From assembly GCF_004010195.1 (NCBI RefSeq), contig NC_057754.1, positions 10,860,588 to 10,909,615 on the forward strand: DNA of 49,028 nucleotides, written 5' to 3'. The notes under the pieces were generated by a model that saw only the letters and a program-made list of their open reading frames with translations, did not search any database and was not told where the DNA came from. Shown piece after piece: positions 45,792 through 49,028 of the stretch. The DNA is from Chiloscyllium plagiosum (taxonomy: Eukaryota). The first letter of the stretch is position 1, and each line of letters starts with the position of its first letter. A program made the position numbers and the translations under genes.

Positions 45792-47680
45792 AGGTGTTGT
45801 GTGTGAATGCACACAGTATACACCACAAGGTAAATGAGCTTGTTGTAGTGGGTATCACAGAGACATGGCTGCAAGGGTATCAGAACAGCTAAATATCCAA
45901 GGATATCCACCCTATTGAAAAGACAGGCAGGTGGGCAGAGGGGGTGACATTGTCTTGTTAGTAAAAAAAAAGAAATTAAATCAACAGCAATAAACAAAGT
46001 AGGGTCAGATATTGTTTCTGTTTTGGTCAAGTTGAGGAACTGCAAAGGTAAGAAAGCCATAATGGGAGTTATTAACAGGCCTCCAAACAGTAGTCAGGAT
46101 TTGGGGCATAAGATACACCAAGAGATAGAAGAGGTGTGTAAGAAAAGCAAGGTTACAGTGATCATTAGAGATTTCAAAATGCAGGTGAACTGGCAAAACC
46201 AGGTTGGTAGTGGATCACAAGAAAAGGAATTTGTGGAATGTCTATGAGATGGCTTTTTGGAGCAGCATGTGCTGGAGTCCACGAGGATAATACTGGATTT
46301 AGTGTTGTGCAATGAGGCAGACTTGATAAGGGAGCTTAAGGTGAAGGAATCCTTTGGAGTTAAAAATCACACAACACCAGGTTTATGTGGAAACACTAGC
46401 TTTAGGAGTGCTGCTCCTTCATCAGGTGGTTGTGGAGTATAAGATCATAAGACACAGAGTTGATATCAAAGGTTTACAGTGTGATGCAACTGAAATGATG
46501 TATTGAAAAAGACCTGGATTGTTTGTTATGTCTCCCATCTTTTAGAATGATCAATTTTAATTCGAATGACACAATAGAGTCATAGAGTTGTATAGCACGG
46601 AAACAGACCCTTTGGTCCAACTCGTTCATGTCGACCAGATATCCCAACCTAATTTAGTCCCATTTGCCAGCATTTGGCCCATACACCTCTAAATCCTTCC
46701 TATTCATATACCCATCCAGAAGCCTTTTAAATGTTGCAATTGTACCAGCCTCCACCACTTCCTCTGGCTGCTCATTCCATATACTCACCACCACTGCGTG
46801 AAAATGTTGCCCCTTAAGTCCCTTTTATATCTTTCCCCCTCACCCTGAACCTATGCCTCTAGTTCTGGACTCCCTCATCCCAGGGAAAAGACTTTGTCTA
46901 TTTCCCCTATCCATACCCCTCATGATTTTATAAACCTTTTCAGGTCACGCCCTCAGCCTCCGATGCTTTAGGGGAAATAGCCCCAGTCTATTCAGCCTCT
47001 CCTGATAGCTCAAATCCACCAACCGTGGCAACAACCTTGTAAATGATTTCTGAACCCTTTCAAGTTTCACAACATCCTTCTGATAGGAAGGAGACCAGAA
47101 TTGCACGTAATATTCTAAAAGTGGCCTAACCAACATTCTGTGAAGCCGCAACATAACCTCCCAACACCTTTAGTCAATACTCTGACCGATAAAGGAAAGC
47201 ATACTAAATGCCTTATTCACTATCCATCCAATATGCCTGTGACTGTACTTTCAAGGAGCTATGAGCCTGCACTCCAAGTGGTCATTCTAAAAGATGAGAA
47301 ACTTAAACAATCCAGGTCTTTATCAATATATCATTTCAATTGCATCACACTACAAACTTTTTCTATAAACTCTATGCCTTACAATATTATACTCCATAAC
47401 CACCTGATGAAGGTGCAGAGCTCTGAAAGCTCGTGTTTCCAAATGAACCTGTTGGACTATAACCTGGTGTTGTGTAATTTTTAACTTTGTACACCCCAGT
47501 CCAACAACGTCACCTCCAAATCATGGATCCTTTGGAAACAGTGCCCATAATATGATAGAATTTACTTTGCAGTTTGTGAGAGGGAGAACATGGACTCACA
47601 TTTAATGGAAATACAGTTGAACAAAGGCAACTACAGATGTATGATGGGGAAGCTGACCAGAACTGACTGTGAGTTAATTA
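45792..47680 (+). mobile_element. Old CR1 endonuclease fragment split by a Penelope insertion
   Basis: GVINRPPNS, IIRDF, FLEQHV and ILDLVLCNEADLIRELKVKE, resuming after 47536. Confidence 0.78.
46359..47526. mobile_element. Inverted pair of family-2 Penelope pLTRs with a CR1 fragment (46575-47278, -) between them
   Basis: 46359-46555 is inverted relative to 47280-47485; TSD ATCCTTTGGA at 46349-46358 and 47527-47536; hammerhead-like motifs at 46397-46425 (-) and 47404-47432 (+). Confidence 0.85.
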
Positions 47681-48004
47681 AAAAAGAAAAGTGTAGGACT
47701 GTCTGCAGTCCCAATACACTGTCAAATTTAATAAACTTATATGAACAGTTGAACACAAGTTTTTTTGTGTATTTGCTTTCAAATTGGGAAAACATCTAGA
47801 GTAATGTTTATTCTGGTCAATTATGACCTCATTTACGCAATCCAATTCCCCTTACTGTACAACCTGTTCAAGAAGTTATTGGAAAAGAAGGAATGTACAG
47901 CTGTACAAAGCCTTCATTAGTTTAGGCTTGGAGGATTGTGTGTGTCATTTGATACATGATTCAGTGTTTGAAACAGGGCACTGTTGATCCAATTGAATTT
48001 CTGT

Positions 48005-49028
48005 TCATAGAGTCATAGAGATGTACAGCATGGAAACAGACCCTTCGGTCCAACCCTCCATGCCCACCAGATATCCCAACCCAATTTCGTTCCACCTGCC
48101 AGCACCCGGCCCATATCCCTCCAAACCCTTCCTATTCATATACCCATCTAAATGCGTCTTAAATGTTGCAATTGTACCAGCTCCACCACATCCTCTGGCA
48201 GCTCATTCCATACACGTACCACCCTCTGCGTGAAAAAGTTGCCCCTTAGGTCTCTTTCCCCTCTCTAAACTTATGCCCTCTAGTTCTGGACTCCCTGATC
48301 CTAGGAAAAAGACTTTGCCTATTTATCCTATCCATGCCCCTCATAATTTTGTAAACCTCCGGAAGGTCACCCCTCAGCCTTCAACACTCCAGGGAAAACA
48401 GCCCCAGCCTTTTCAGCCTCTCCCTGTAGCTCAGATCCTCCAACCCTGGCAACATCCTTGTAAATCTTTTCTGAACCCTTTCAAATTTCACAACATCTTT
48501 CCAATAAGAAGGAGACGACAATTGCACGCAATATTCCAACCGTGGCCTAACTAATGTCCTGTACAGCCGCAACATGACCTCCCAACTCCTGTACTGAATG
48601 CACTGACCAAGAAATGAAAGCATACCAAACGCCTTCTTCACTATCTTATCTACCTGCGACTCCACTTTCAAGGGGCTATGAACCTGCAGTCCAAGGGCTC
48701 TTTGTTCAGCAACACTCCCTAGAACCTTACCATTAAGTGGCTAAGTCCTGCTAAGATTTGCTTTCTCAAAATGCAGCACCCTCACATTTATCTGAATTAA
48801 ACTCCACCTGCCACTTCTCAGCCCATTGGCCCATCTGGTCCAGATCCTGTTGTAATCTGAGGTAACCCTCTTCACTGTCGACTACACTTCCAATATTGGT
48901 GTCATCTGCAAACTTACTAACTGTACCTCTTATGCTCGCATCCAAATCATTTATGTAAATGACAAAAAGTAGAGGGCCCAGCACCGATCCTTGTGGCACT
49001 CCACTGGCCACAGGCCTCCAGTCTGAAA
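48005..49028 (-). mobile_element. CR1 RT and 3' UTR, running off the window end
   Basis: SGVPQGSVLGPLLFVIYINDLD..KFADDT; LEYCVQ. Confidence 0.94.

Overview
Eukaryotic, repeat-dense vertebrate DNA. The HE1-type SINEs, HER1/CR1 LINEs and Penelope-like elements point to a cartilaginous fish (shark); this is inference, not a database match. The window is part of a tandem C2H2 zinc-finger gene cluster. It holds one intact 12-finger ORF (33854-34903, +) with a CpG-rich promoter, two decayed ZF pseudogenes on the - strand, and further remnants of a shared promoter and leader-exon cassette. About 14 kb (8930-~23320) is a decayed Gmr1-like Gypsy LTR retrotransposon, with SCAN-related gag and protease-integrase-RT-RNaseH order. 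It is interrupted by a near full-length CR1, a SINE and CR1 fragments. Its 3' LTR carries an inverted partial duplication in which a 17-bp unit resembling an LTR motif has expanded into a 156-copy in-register array. Many Penelope-derived pLTR fragments and short palindromic insertions with 10-16 bp target-site duplications carry minimal hammerhead-ribozyme-like motifs (CUGANGA-A-stem-GAAA plus a palindromic tetramer). At least two families show compensatory stem changes. There is one assembly gap (29248-29491). Most short ORFs in the track are transposon fragments. Boundaries were read by eye and are approximate unless a TSD fixes them.
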